64,000 nucleotides of DNA from Tubulanus polymorphus (lineage: Eukaryota; Animalia; Nemertea). This document shows positions 23,400 to 35,644 of this stretch, in pieces. A program made the translations under genes and the position numbers. Numbering within the stretch: position 1 is the first letter of the stretch; each line of letters starts with the position of its first letter. The stretch lies in NCBI RefSeq assembly GCF_964204645.1, contig NC_134030.1, forward strand, positions 16,678,110 to 16,742,109, in the 5' to 3' direction. The notes under the pieces were generated by a model that saw only the letters and a program-made list of their open reading frames with translations, did not search any database and had not been told where the DNA came from.

Positions 23400-26215
23400 A
23401 CATCAGGGCAATATCTAATCTTGCATTGATTGTACTAGTCATGTCCTACAATTCTACATTCAGTTATGTGGCATATAAAACCCATCATATCTGGACACTA
23501 CCTAATCATAAAATGATTTTACTATTTATGTCTATTACTACATATGTCCTACAATTCTATATATACAATTCTATATCGCTGGCATATAAAACCCTTCATA
23601 TTGGCACATTTCGTAATGATGAAGTGATTTTACTATTTTTATATGTCCTACAAATCTATAATTAGTTAGGCAGCATAGAAAACTCGACTCGTAAGAAACT
23701 ACCTACGGTAATCATAAAGCATTTTACTATTTATATATGTCTTACAATACTGCATCAGCTAAGTGCAGTACAAATTTATATTCAGTTAGGTGGCATATAA
23801 AACTATCATATCAGGGCGCTATTTGTGGATGTCTTACAATTCTACATTCAGTTGCGTGACATATAAACCCACGGCATCAGGACACTGCCTGATAATTTTA
23901 CTATTCGTTTATTTCCTACAAATCTACATACATTTTAAGTGGCGTATAAAACCATTCATATTAGGACAATGGACACTCTCTAATTATGAAGTGATTTTAC
24001 TATTTATATATGTCCTACAATTCTACCTTCAGTTAAGTGGCATATAAAACCCTTTATATTGGGACACTCTCTAATGATGAAGTGATTTTACTATTTATAT
24101 ATGTCCTACAATTCTACCTTCAGTTAAGTGGAATATAAAACCCTTTATATTGGGACACTCTCTAATTATGAAGTGATTTTACTATTTATATATGTCCTAC
24201 AATTCTACCTTCAGTTAAGTGGAATATAAAACCCTTTATATTGGGACACTCTCTAATTATGAAGTGATTTTACTATTTATATATGTCCTACAATTCTACC
24301 TTCAGTTAAGTGGCATATAAAACCCTTTATATTGGGACACTCTCTAATGATGAAGTGATTTTACTATTTATATATGTCCTACAATTCTACCTTCAGTTAA
24401 GTGGAATATAAAACCCTTTATATTGGGACACTCTCTAATTATGAAGTGATTTTACTATTCATATATGTCCTACAATTCTACATTCAGTTAAGTGGCATAT
24501 AAAACCCTTTATATTGGGACACTCTCTAATGATGAAGTGATTTTACTATTTATATATGTCCTACAATTCTACATTCAGTTAAGTGGAATATAAAACCCTT
24601 TATATTGGGACACTCTCTAATGATGAAGTGATTTTACTATTTATATATGTCCTACAATTCTACCTTCAGTTAAGTGGAATATAAAACCCTTTATATTGGG
24701 ACACTCTAATTATGAAGTGATTTTACTATTTATGTATGCCCTACAATTCTTTAATCAGTTTCGCAACATATAGAACTCATCATCAAATTTATATTCATTT
24801 AGGGGGTATTTAAAACTATTCATGTCAGGACACTACCGAATCCTGAAATGATTTTACTATTTGTGTAGGTCCTACAATTGTACATGATCAGTTGCGTGGC
24901 ATATAAAACCTACGGCATCAGGACACTGCCTAATGATTTTACTATTCGTACATGTCCTACAAATCTACATACATTTTAAGTGGCGTATAAAACCATTCAT
25001 ATTAGGACAATGGATAATCATGCCATTATTTTACTATTTGATTATGTCCTGCAATTCTACATCCAATTAAGTGGCACATATATCGGGACACTGCCTAATC
25101 GTGAAGTGATTTCACTATTTATATATGTCTTACAATTCTACATCCAGTTAAATGTCATATGAAAAAAATCGTTCATACCTATTGGGACACTCTCTAATTA
25201 TGAAGTGATTTTACTATTCGTATATGTCCTACAATTCTACATACATTTAAGTTGCGTATAAAACCATTAGTGTCAGGACACTAGATAATCATGGCGTTAT
25301 TTCACTATTTAAATATGCCCTGCAATTCTACATTCAAGTAAGTGGCATATAAAAACATTAAAATCCGGACACTACCCAATCATGCAGTAATATTATTTAT
25401 CAAAAATCCATAGGAGCAAAAACAATACAAATCTCATTTTCTAATGAGTAATATATATTTATTATAGTAAACGTTTTCGGGAGTTACATTATCCCCTCTT
25501 CAGGCATAGCGCGCAAGTGATCCTTATCTTGACCCTCTACCTAAGAACTAATATTATTTATATATGTCCTGTAATTCTACATTACGCTGCGTGGCATACA
25601 AAAGCATATCAGGACACTGCCTAATCATGAAATGATTTTACTATTCATATATGTCCTACAAATTTACATACATTTAAGTGGCGTATAAAAACCCTTCGTA
25701 TCAGCCCACTAGATAATCGCGACGTTATTTTACTATTCATTATGTCCCGCAATTCTACATTCAGTAAAGTGGCATATAAAACCCACCATATCTGGACACT
25801 CCCTAATGATGAAGTGATTTTACTATTTATATATGTCCTACAATTCTACATGCAGTAAAATAGCATATAAAACCCATCATATCACACACTACCTAATTAT
25901 GAAGTGATTTTACTAATTGTATCTACACATCTACATTCAGTTTATTGGCATATAAAACTATTCATATCTGGACACTACCTAATCATAGAGTTATTATAAT
26001 ATTCATATTACACACTACCTAATTATGAAGTGATTTTACTAATTGTATCTACACATCTACATTCAGTTTATTGGCATATAAAACTATTCATATCTGGACA
26101 CTACCTAGTCACAGAGTTATTATAATATTCATGTCCCCCAATTATGCATTCATTTAAGTGGCATATAAAATCAATTATATCAAGACACTACGTAATCATG
26201 ACGTGATTTTACTAC
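23400..26215 (+). repeat. 91-bp satellite: homogeneous core ~23970-24750, degenerate flanks
   Basis: gggacactctctaat recurs at 24061, 24152, ... Confidence 0.95.
25469..25510 (-). ncRNA. Minimal hammerhead-ribozyme-like motif (Penelope pLTR-type relic)
   Basis: Minus strand CTGAAGA-G-GGGA(taatgtaac)TCCC-GAAA-ACGTT; stem I partner not evident. Confidence 0.45.
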
Positions 26216-27878
26216 AGTCAATCTTGGTGTTTGCCTATCACTCAGGACTCGGCTTTTTAGTATAGATTAGGTGATGTACGGATACAAGATAACCCATAGT
26301 TCTACTAATGAATTATCAACCATATAAACTGATTTAAGTGCATAACCAGTACAATAGCCGGTTTACAGATGTTTAGATTGTCTACGTAAACTCTTGAACT
26401 TAAACTACTATCACACTTGAAAGCAATACGAAATACCAGCCATCATTAAATGGAGAAGCTTTAGACTTAGACATTGAGCGATTACTTCTAAGTTACTCAT
26501 ATTTCCCACTGACCTCAATTACTAAATTAGTTGTTAATATTCTTTTCACTACAGATGTAGGTCTACGTTCCCGACAACTGATACGGGTTACATACATAGT
26601 CTAACATAGAAATGGAGAATGGGTCTACGAATTATTGAGTACAAATTAGACACACAGGGAATGGAAGCAATATATTGTAAGAACAAGCACTTATAATGAT
26701 AAAGCGGGGATGGCATAGCCGAGGTTGACTGTATTCTATTTGTTCCCTGGTACTAACTACAGATAAGGAAAAAACCTTCCTATCTGAATACTGCCTGATA
26801 ACAAAATGATTTTCATGATTATGCAATATGGCCTACAATTCTATTAAGCATATCAAGCGTATTTGTTTGTATCATTAAATATCCCATAAATGGTTTCTGA
26901 CAATGACAACTACTTTTGAGTTTATCAAGTCGGCAAACCATGGTTTTGATGATTTCAAAATATCAATGCAATACATACTTCGGACAATAAACAGTAATGA
27001 TACACTTGTATTGATCTAATCAAAGAATGAAGTCCATCTCTATTCGATTTACATAAAAAAGAATTCCTTCAATGCAGTGTATGTAAAACGAATAAAGAAT
27101 CGACGGTTAAGTTCAAAGCACGTGCTGGTCGTTTTAAGGCATGTACCTCTAAAGCAGAGTACATAATGGTACCCTTCGTCCATTTAAAAAAGTTGAAATA
27201 TACTGCATTTGGCCTATGGATAAATGTCTCCAATGATGTTACATGTAAAAAGGACATGCAAGATCGGCAAACTAATAAAGAAAGCTTACCTTTTTCCTTT
27301 TTGGCTAGGCTTAGACTCAATGTTCTAGCATCACCGCGAATAGTAACTGGACATGCGCATTGACCTATCGGTCGAGTTCATTGTTTGCTGTAGGAGATGA
27401 ACCCTACCGAACCTCGAAGCAAAGGATTATTTTAATTGCCCAATGAATTTCATATGAACAATGTGTTGAGAACACGCGTTTTTGGAAAAAAATATATCTT
27501 AATGTTCTTGAAGATTCTTGCAGTTTGTAAGTGTAAATCATATACACACTACACAGCCGTACACCCTGCTCTGCTCTGTATGGGCTCTCCCGAACTTCCG
27601 GAGTTCTGCCAGGTGATGGTTTCTCCTAACTTCTGACGTAGAAAAAGGGGCGGAGCTTATCTGTTCTAACCGTCAGATGGGGCTGCTGTATTGCTTTATA
27701 TATAAATATCTTTGTCAGACCCGATTACGCCTACGACTGCAAGTGGGTGATTGAACAATTTTCTGAGCGTTTGCAAGGTGTAACAATTACGGGACACTTT
27801 GTATGCCCCGTAATTTTTCACCACCCCGCAACAAGGAAATTAAAAAGACAAACGCCCCGTTAATCGTACATTATCTTA

Positions 27879-28382
<504 letters not shown>

Positions 28383-28599
28383 CTTCTTCATACTGTCTTA
28401 CAGAAGCGCCATCTCTTACATCTGTGCCTTTGAATACTTCAAGCAACTTCTTGATGAAACCACTTATCGTGTGCATCGGATCATGTATATCAAATAGAAT
28501 GGATTTATTTTTAATTCCACAAACATGTCTCAGATTTCCTAAAACATGAAAAATCTCTTATATTCTACATAGCTCTGATTGAATACCGGTTGATTAATG

Positions 28600-30130
28600 T
28601 ATGAAGATGGTTGTAGGTATATGACTGAGGGAATGGGCCTTAGGTGTTTGGAGTCTGCTCAATAGTCTTACATCTCATTGGTCGCAAAATTTTGACTAAG
28701 GAAAATTGGGACCAAAGACATTCTTCCAGGTTTTTGATATGAATCGTACCGTTTTGGGCTTGTATTTGATTAGCACACATTAAAAGAAAGTCATGGGTTT
28801 TGCTTTGCAGACTCGTTCTTTCTTCTCGATCTTCTGATAGTCCATTCCAATCGTCGTTGATGAAGGGTCCTATGTCTCGTTCCTGATGATCTTGAGGTAG
28901 GTATCTGGTTAATAGAATGGTATGATTGAATGAATGAACAGGTCTGTTTAAATTTCAAAATAAGAATTAATAGAAAGTTATCTTCGATTTTGATGATAGA
29001 TCATTCTATTCAATAGATTTGGATGTTATCCGCGATGAGTACATTTAATACAGCCATAATTTCCTGATGCTGTCTGGTGAATCAATGTGAGGCAGTGGCT
29101 CTCGTAATCACCTCTAATCATGATTAATTTCCCACAAGTTAATCAATATTGGCCATATCAAATGTTTTTTTTTCTTGAAAATATTTGTTCCATCGATTGT
29201 CAAAGACATTGCTACTCCTCTTCTGTCTCCTCTTGCGAGTACAGTTCCTCCCATAGTTGCGTTTGCTGTAGGCTATATATTCTGTAATATAAATTTTTAT
29301 ATATTCTGTTATATAAATCTGTGATATAACAAGCTTGTTATCTATATAATGAACATACACCCTACCTCGCGCCATCATTGTCCCTCGTGTATTGGGTCAT
29401 CAGGACCGACATGTTAAAATTTTGGAATTCTCCTTCAAGTGTTAAATGAATAAATGCAATAAATATATGATTGATTGGAAAAAATCAATGTGCTGGATAT
29501 ATTCTGCCATAATTCATGAAATGTAAATTACCTTTCAGATACGGAATGAGTGGCATCCATGCAAATTTAACTTTTTCCGTTGAGCCACACTGTGTGCATA
29601 TTTCTGAATTTCTCTTATCTTGCCAATACATCATGCATCCATTTTTGCATACATTCTCTTCACGAATATTTCTCCATATATTTTCCTTTTTAATGTGTCG
29701 ACTTGTTTCACTGATTTTGGCGCTATGTTTGGCTGTGGAAGCAGGTTATGGGTCAGGAATAATAATCTATTCATTGTTGATTTAGATAGTGCGCCGTTAG
29801 ATCCGTTAGAGTAGAAGGATGCTACCATTCCTAAGTACTGAATGAGAGAGACCTCCGAACCATCGAATAATCTTCTTTGAAAAATGTCATGTTCTCCAAA
29901 ATCTCCACCCACATCATCATCGTCATCACCATCAGCATCGCCTTCATCATCGTCATCACCATCATCGTCGCCTTCATCATCATCATCGTCATCTCCATCA
30001 TCACCGCCTTCATCATCGTCATCCCCACCATCGTCACCTTCATCATCGTCATCTCCACCATCATCATTATTGTTGCCATAATCATCACCACCATCATTAT
30101 CATCACTTCCATTTTGTTCAATCCCTTATT
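28600..30130 (-). pseudogene. Degenerate CACTA/EnSpm-type transposase with Asp-rich N-terminal tract
   Basis: LSKSTMNRLLFLTHNLLPQPN; ICTQCG...FAWMPLIPYL (~29535-29610); MSLTIDGTNIFKKKKHLIWPILI (~29135-29215, the first catalytic Asp DG...WP motif); frameshifted. Confidence 0.7.
29910..30110. repeat. (CAT/CGT/CAC)n trinucleotide-like repeat encoding D/G/E on the minus strand
   Basis: catcatcgtcatcaccatc units. Confidence 0.9.
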
Positions 30131-30329
30131 CATCATCAACGTCAAAGTTTACGATACATCGATCTTCGTGTATCTTAAAAATTTTGATTGAAAAATAGTG
30201 TGTCAAAAAAATAAAAACATTCACAATATTTGGTTCACAGGAAGACCTTACATTTTCCTTTATTTTCCCTTATTTAGAATTTGATTTCTATATGCAAAGA
30301 TCTTCAATGTTGTAATGTACATATAAAAT

Positions 30330-31108
30330 TTATAATTTCGACCAGAATTCTTTAATAACTGAATTGTTTTCAATCATTTCATCAATTTCTGGTAAATATT
30401 TGACTACATCACTAAATACCAAACTTAATAATTGGAATCTTTCGTATTTTATTAATCTACCTACTCTTCTCAGTTTTATTTCAAAGCCGGCACTGATATC
30501 TATGTTTTTTTTTACCCAAGCCCCCCAAGAAATCCTTTATCAGACATTGCAAACCCTATATTTGAATAACCCCCGAAAATGATATGGTCCCATAGGTGCT
30601 CTGCTTTTCTATTTGATATGGTTTTATGACTTGTTTTTAAGATATCAGTAATTTCGGCAAATGAAATAACTTCTTCACTTTGTATTTCTGGAAAGCTTAA
30701 ATGTTCTGTTTCAATGATTAATTTAGATTTTAAAAACTCATTCAACTCATCTCCACTCGTTTTCTTAGTTTTCGATTCCTTGAGTCCCAACAGCAATTCA
30801 AGGTGTGTTCCACTCATTTTCTTAGTTTTAGTTTTCGATTCCTTGAGTCCCAACAGCAATTCAAGGTGTGTTGTTGGTAATTGTGGTAATGGTGGTATGC
30901 GCGGTAATTGCTTATTACGTATTACATCGCTCAGCATTTTCGCTATTTCTTGATGATAGTCCAAATGTTTTTGTAAAGTTTGTTCGTCAATCATTTGAGT
31001 TTCATCCTCCATTCCTGTTGATTCCTGAGTTTCAATATCCATCGTTTCTGGTTCCTCTTCACTTTCCGGCGTTTTACTTGAACATTCTGGTTGATTTCTG
31101 TATTCCAT
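30330..31108 (-). pseudogene. Polinton-associated hypothetical ORF with an internal ~60-bp duplication and a frameshift; homologous to the decayed ORF at ~3640-3900
   Basis: THLELLLGLKESKTK twice; C-terminal LSLVFSDVVKYLPEI matches LSLTFVDVVKYLPAI at ~3680-3725; upstream 31195-31320 matches 3965-4082. Confidence 0.6.
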
Positions 31109-31569
31109 TTTTATCTAAAAGATATCTATCTAACGTAAAATAGAATAAACTTATGAAGCGGTTGTTGTTAAATATGAATTACTGCATTTAAACATATTAA
31201 AAGGTTTCATATTTAGTAGCCCCTTTCCCTACTTGATAATAACTTCAAAAAAACAGTACTTACATTTAGAACTGTAAACTGTAACTCCTAATTGTGTTTC
31301 GAGAGAGGAATCCTATGCGTCCTGAATATGCGATCCAGGATGATGTAATGCGACTGAGGTGGGTGATTCACTATGTCTCAATACATCCAGGCACTGTCTG
31401 GTGCTATGGAAACGCCGGCAACGGGTGTTCTTTTATAATGAAATTAATTAATTCTTAACAATTGAAATGTAAGCGTGTGACAGATATTTTGGTAAACAAC
31501 CCAGAGCTATGTAGTTGTATACAGGTAGTTATATAGGTCAAGTGTTATTGGGTTCTTATTATAAGCGCT

Positions 31570-31775
31570 TAAGATTCAACGTATTATTCATTTTGTGTTG
31601 AATTCCATAATTCAACAAATGTCTGCTTTATTCAGCTGATCTAAATATGATTGTAAATCTAGTTTGTTTCCTTTCCTAATATTTTCTACTCTTTCTAAAG
31701 GTCTGAGGTTCTTCCAATTCCAAATTAACTTCTGATTGTGTCCATCATTCATGTTGAATTTAGATATTGGTAATA
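31570..31775 (-). pseudogene. Second copy of the HNH nuclease C-terminus
   Basis: LPISKFNMNDGHNQKLIWNWKNLRPLERVEN matches 2440-2645. Confidence 0.8.
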
Positions 31776-31782
31776 CCAGAAT

Positions 31783-31842
31783 TGGGGTGGGGTGTGGGGT
31801 GGGGTGGGGTGTGAGGTGGTGTGGGTGTGTGTGGGTGTGTGG

Positions 31843-31874
<32 letters not shown>

Positions 31875-31938
31875 GTGGGTGGGTGTGTGTGGGTGGGTGT
31901 GTGTGGGTGTGTGTGGGTGTGTGTGTGTGTGTGTGTGT
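31783..31938. repeat. (GT)n/(GGGT)n microsatellite
   Basis: Direct reading. Confidence 0.97.
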
Positions 31939-31973
31939 CATTTATATGTTATTCATATATATGGAATTATTTG

Positions 31974-32112
31974 AGTAATTATATATATGGGCTTTCAAGT
32001 CAAAGGTTGAGAGGTCGAGTGAGTAGAAAAATAAATTCGAGCGTGCGAGAATTTTTTTTCTGCTCACTCGACCTCTCGACCTTGGGCTTGAAAGCCCATA
32101 TATACAATTACT
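31974..32112. repeat. Palindromic hairpin, variant of the AGTAAT...GGGCTTTCAA family
   Basis: agtaattatatatatgggctttcaag... / ...cttgaaagcccatatatacaattact. Confidence 0.88.
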
Positions 32113-32386
32113 TATCTACGCTGTTAATATATATAATTATTATATTCGTATTTTATTTTTAAATCATGTTACTTGAAAGATAAATTAGAAAACCTACCTT
32201 TAAAAAGCCTGGAATTAATCCTGCGCTTGAATTAAACACAGTGATTCATGATCTCAACTTGAAGATATGCATATATTGAATTGGTGATTCTGGTTCTCAT
32301 TACAACAATATGACATCTGCAGTGTAGTGAGCTAACAATGTTATTGATCAAAAGTTGGGTTGTCCAGGGATAGGTCATGGCTTAAG

Positions 32387-33028
32387 TACAGTTTACCATG
32401 CCAGCTCCTGTCTTAAGATATACTTCTAATTCCGTGGTACAATCAGACAGGACCTGTTGAATGAAAGATAAATAATACTCTAGGCACAATAAATGTCATC
32501 TTAAGTTATTGTTCTATCATTGATTTACGCTGTATTAATGCTAGATAAAAACTGTTGACAAAAGCCAGTTTTTCGACAAAAGGCCACATAAGGAGGTTTT
32601 AAGGGTGTCTTAAGTGGGGCTGGGCACGCAAAATCTCGTCTTAAGTTACATTTTCTGAATCAGCACATAAAATACTATGATTCTGAGGAAGAATCAGACC
32701 TGGACAAAAACTGTTGATTAAAACTGCCCTAGGCCCCGAAAAAAGGGGGTCTTAAGGGACCCTAGGCACAGAAAATTTCGTCTTAAGTTATGATTTTATT
32801 TAAGTTGGCCCATGCCGTACTGATTTATGTTGAAATTAATGCTGGACAAAAACTGTTGATTATAACGATTTTTTTGGGAATTTTTGGGGGCCCACCTATC
32901 CCCCGCAGGCACGGCTTTGAAACTTAAGACGTTCCTTTCCTAAGTAGATATGGGCCAACCTTGACATTCCACACCTCAAACCTTCTTGACTAAAACTGTT
33001 GATTAAATGTGGGCTAGCTCCTGGACTA
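32387..33028. mobile_element. Non-autonomous DNA element with internal AAAACTGTTGA / GTCTTAAG repeats (Academ-like TAG terminus)
   Basis: Right end reverse complement TAGTCCAGGAGCTAGC; left end degenerate. Confidence 0.4.
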
Positions 33029-33159
33029 TAAGTGTTGTTTCATATCAGAGGTTGAAAGTTTGAGTGAGTGGAAAATAGAAAATAAATTCTCACACGCTCG
33101 AATTTTTTATGAGCTCGACCTTTTGACCTCTGGTATGAAAAGAGACTTACCCTATTACT
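33029..33159. repeat. More diverged hairpin of the AGTAATAGGG family, left arm truncated
   Basis: tttcatatcagaggttgaaag / cttttgacctctggtatgaaa...ttaccctattact. Confidence 0.7.
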
Positions 33160-33226
33160 GTTGTACTATAAGCATTGTGGTATTTTCTACTCGTATGTTG
33201 CTATATAAACTGCGGAGAAGTTATAG

Positions 33227-33459
33227 CATAGAACTGCATAGAACTATAAGCGAAAGGGAAGGCCAACTCCGTGACGTCACTATACATTTGTCTTTGCTAT
33301 CTTCGAAATTGATCAGCGCCCTCACCGTCGGCGATAAAAAATAGGTTCAATAATATTGTTTATCGCCACCGGTGAGTGCGCTGAACTAAACACAAGATTA
33401 CTAGCGGTGCCAAGTGGATTTTTTAGGAGTCGCCCTTCCCGTTCGCTTATAGTTCTATG
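33227..33459. mobile_element. MITE with CATAG termini and 7-bp TSD (P-element-like)
   Basis: TIR catagaactataagcgaa.gggaagg / ccttccc.ttcgcttatagttctatg; GTTATAG on both flanks. Confidence 0.8.
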
Positions 33460-33974
33460 GTTATAGACTCCTGTATCGTTTAACTGGTTCTACTTGAAGC
33501 CATTGATATATTGCATGTTTTCGCGCTGGGTGGTGTATCATTAGACTGCGAGGAACTGCGGTGGATATCGTCATTCGTCCGTCCATGGCGTACTGTGTTG
33601 TTGTGGTTACTGTTGTGTCTTCATGCGGTATATTTTGAAACTTCGTATTTGCGGTGGAGTTAAGTGCTCGACTTTCTAATGGGTTAGGCAATTGAGGAGG
33701 CAGGTGTCTCACAAATACTTTCATTTTTTCCGAGCGGGTATCCTGAACTTTGATATGTGGTTATGGTGAACTGTAATTCAGAACTTTTAGTGCATATTCT
33801 TATCATAAACTTCAACGAGTAGTTTTGGTTTGAAAAAAAAACAAAATTTGATTTGGCGTTTTTCATCCGTTTATTGATGCTTTCTCTTTCAGGGTTTTTT
33901 TATGAGGTGTCTGCTTGTGTTTCAGAAGTTGTCTAAATTCAAAATTTCGGGACGAAATTTTAAGCTGAGTGGGG

Positions 33975-35593
33975 AGTTATGATCCACAGCTAAATTCTAT
34001 TCTCAAAAAGATAAACGATTTATATACGTAGGTTTATTGGTCTGCCCTGAGAGAATACATGCATTGTTTTGTTATACACGGTAATACATTATCCGTCATA
34101 ATGGTTGTTTGTCTGAAACATTTATACTTGTATCAGGCGAACAATCTAAATCATTTGAAGGTAATCACGGTGCTATAGAAATGAGAAATTATAAAAATAA
34201 ACTTATGAAACTCTCGCTGACCCACAATCTGATAAATCGATTATAAAGAGTAATCTTTATTATTTTAATTAATTGAAGGTTGTGTGTTTGCATTTACATG
34301 TACTAATTATGAAAAAAGTACATGATTAAGAAAGATATTTCGTCTTATTGTTTAGACAAAATTAAATACCGTTCATTGTGGGAATTGTAATCATGGTGTA
34401 AGTTTTAAAATAAATGAATTCGAGGGTTGGAAAAGTAGTATGCAATCTCTTCGGTGCGGTTGAGAAGGTGAGGAGACCGACAGGTATCATGACTTCGAGG
34501 GTTGGGCTAAAATTAGCAGCGAATGAAAAGGCTAAGAATCAGGACCCCAGCTCTGCGTCGTGGTGCTGCGTTGGTTGCTTGTCCCCTTTTACGGCTTGCC
34601 GCAGACCGGGTTCTGGATTTTTCGTGGGCGTGGCCTCAGCTTTATAAAAGGGGCCGCACCTCGAGAGGGAGCAAACTATTTTTAGAGAGCATTTTTAGGG
34701 GAATCATTAGAAGACTATCGAACAGATAACTTTCGGCTATCGGGTTAAAAAGTATCTTCTTGTGATTTACAACGAAATTCAAAATTTGAAGGTAGGGAAT
34801 TTTACAAATTGTTGAAATTAAGTTAAATTTAAATTGTTGGAATAAAAGTTGAGTCTCATCATATTTAAATGCGGAGTTCCTTTTTATCCTTTCGGGTTTC
34901 TGTGTTCGTGGTCGACTTTCTCACCAGGGACCGGAGTTTGCAATAGGGAAGAACGACGAGAGAGAAAGGGACCGCGGAACAATATCTATTCTACTGCGAC
35001 GGGTTTAGCATGAGGTCGACACTTCTTTTTAGTCAATGGGGTACCCGCAGTGCTACTGTGGCAATCGAGGATTCCACGTATGGCAGGCGAGGATCCGCCA
35101 GGTGTCGCTAGTAGATGGTTGGTCGTCCACGTTCGATTTCGTCTACATTTCAATTAAACCTAAATTAACTTTTCTCTTAAATGAATGAATCATTTTTGGA
35201 AACTTTACCGACATCCGATTAGAAGAATGAAAGTATTGTATATTGGTAGGTGCTGCGATAGTATATGGATTGAGGAGTTCAAAAATCCAGTTCAAATGTC
35301 ATTGAAAATGAACTAATTTTGACAACGAACGACCTACTGCTTGTTGCGCCATCTGGTGGGATAGCTGGTTTCGCGGGTACCCCATTAACGAGCCAAATCA
35401 CTTTGGAGCTGGAATCAATCCCTAACTCAGGTAAGCATATCAACAAGGCGAAGAAAAAGTCCATGTTTTGATTTGTATGACGTTAGTTTTTTGTCATTTT
35501 ATTGTTTAATCTTTTTAATCATCAGCTACTCGTATTTGTTATTACATGTATAATTTACCTTTATTATTTTAGTGATGATGAATAATCATAACT
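33975..35593 (+). mobile_element. Gypsy-type 3' LTR (~1.6 kb) with upstream PPT
   Basis: aatttcgggacgaaatt...gagtgggg PPT, then AGTTATGAT...ATCATAACT inverted termini; TATAAAA at ~34644. Confidence 0.7.
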
Positions 35594-35644
35594 GTGACTA
35601 TTCAGGGATCACCCCTCCTCGAGTATAGCCTGTGAACACTGGAA

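Noticed and set aside
23318-25162. Hydrophobic ORFs in the satellite
   Set aside because: Chance open frames in the 91-bp repeat
27040-27363. Second gene near the right end of the giant element
   Set aside because: A good donor site at ~27288, but frames close quickly and no domain is recognisable
29831-30191. Met-, Ile- and Ser-rich ORFs
   Set aside because: Alternative frames of an Asp-rich trinucleotide repeat
31612-32162. Overlapping HT/VC/VG-rich ORFs
   Set aside because: Products of the GT microsatellite; only the HNH C-terminal part is real
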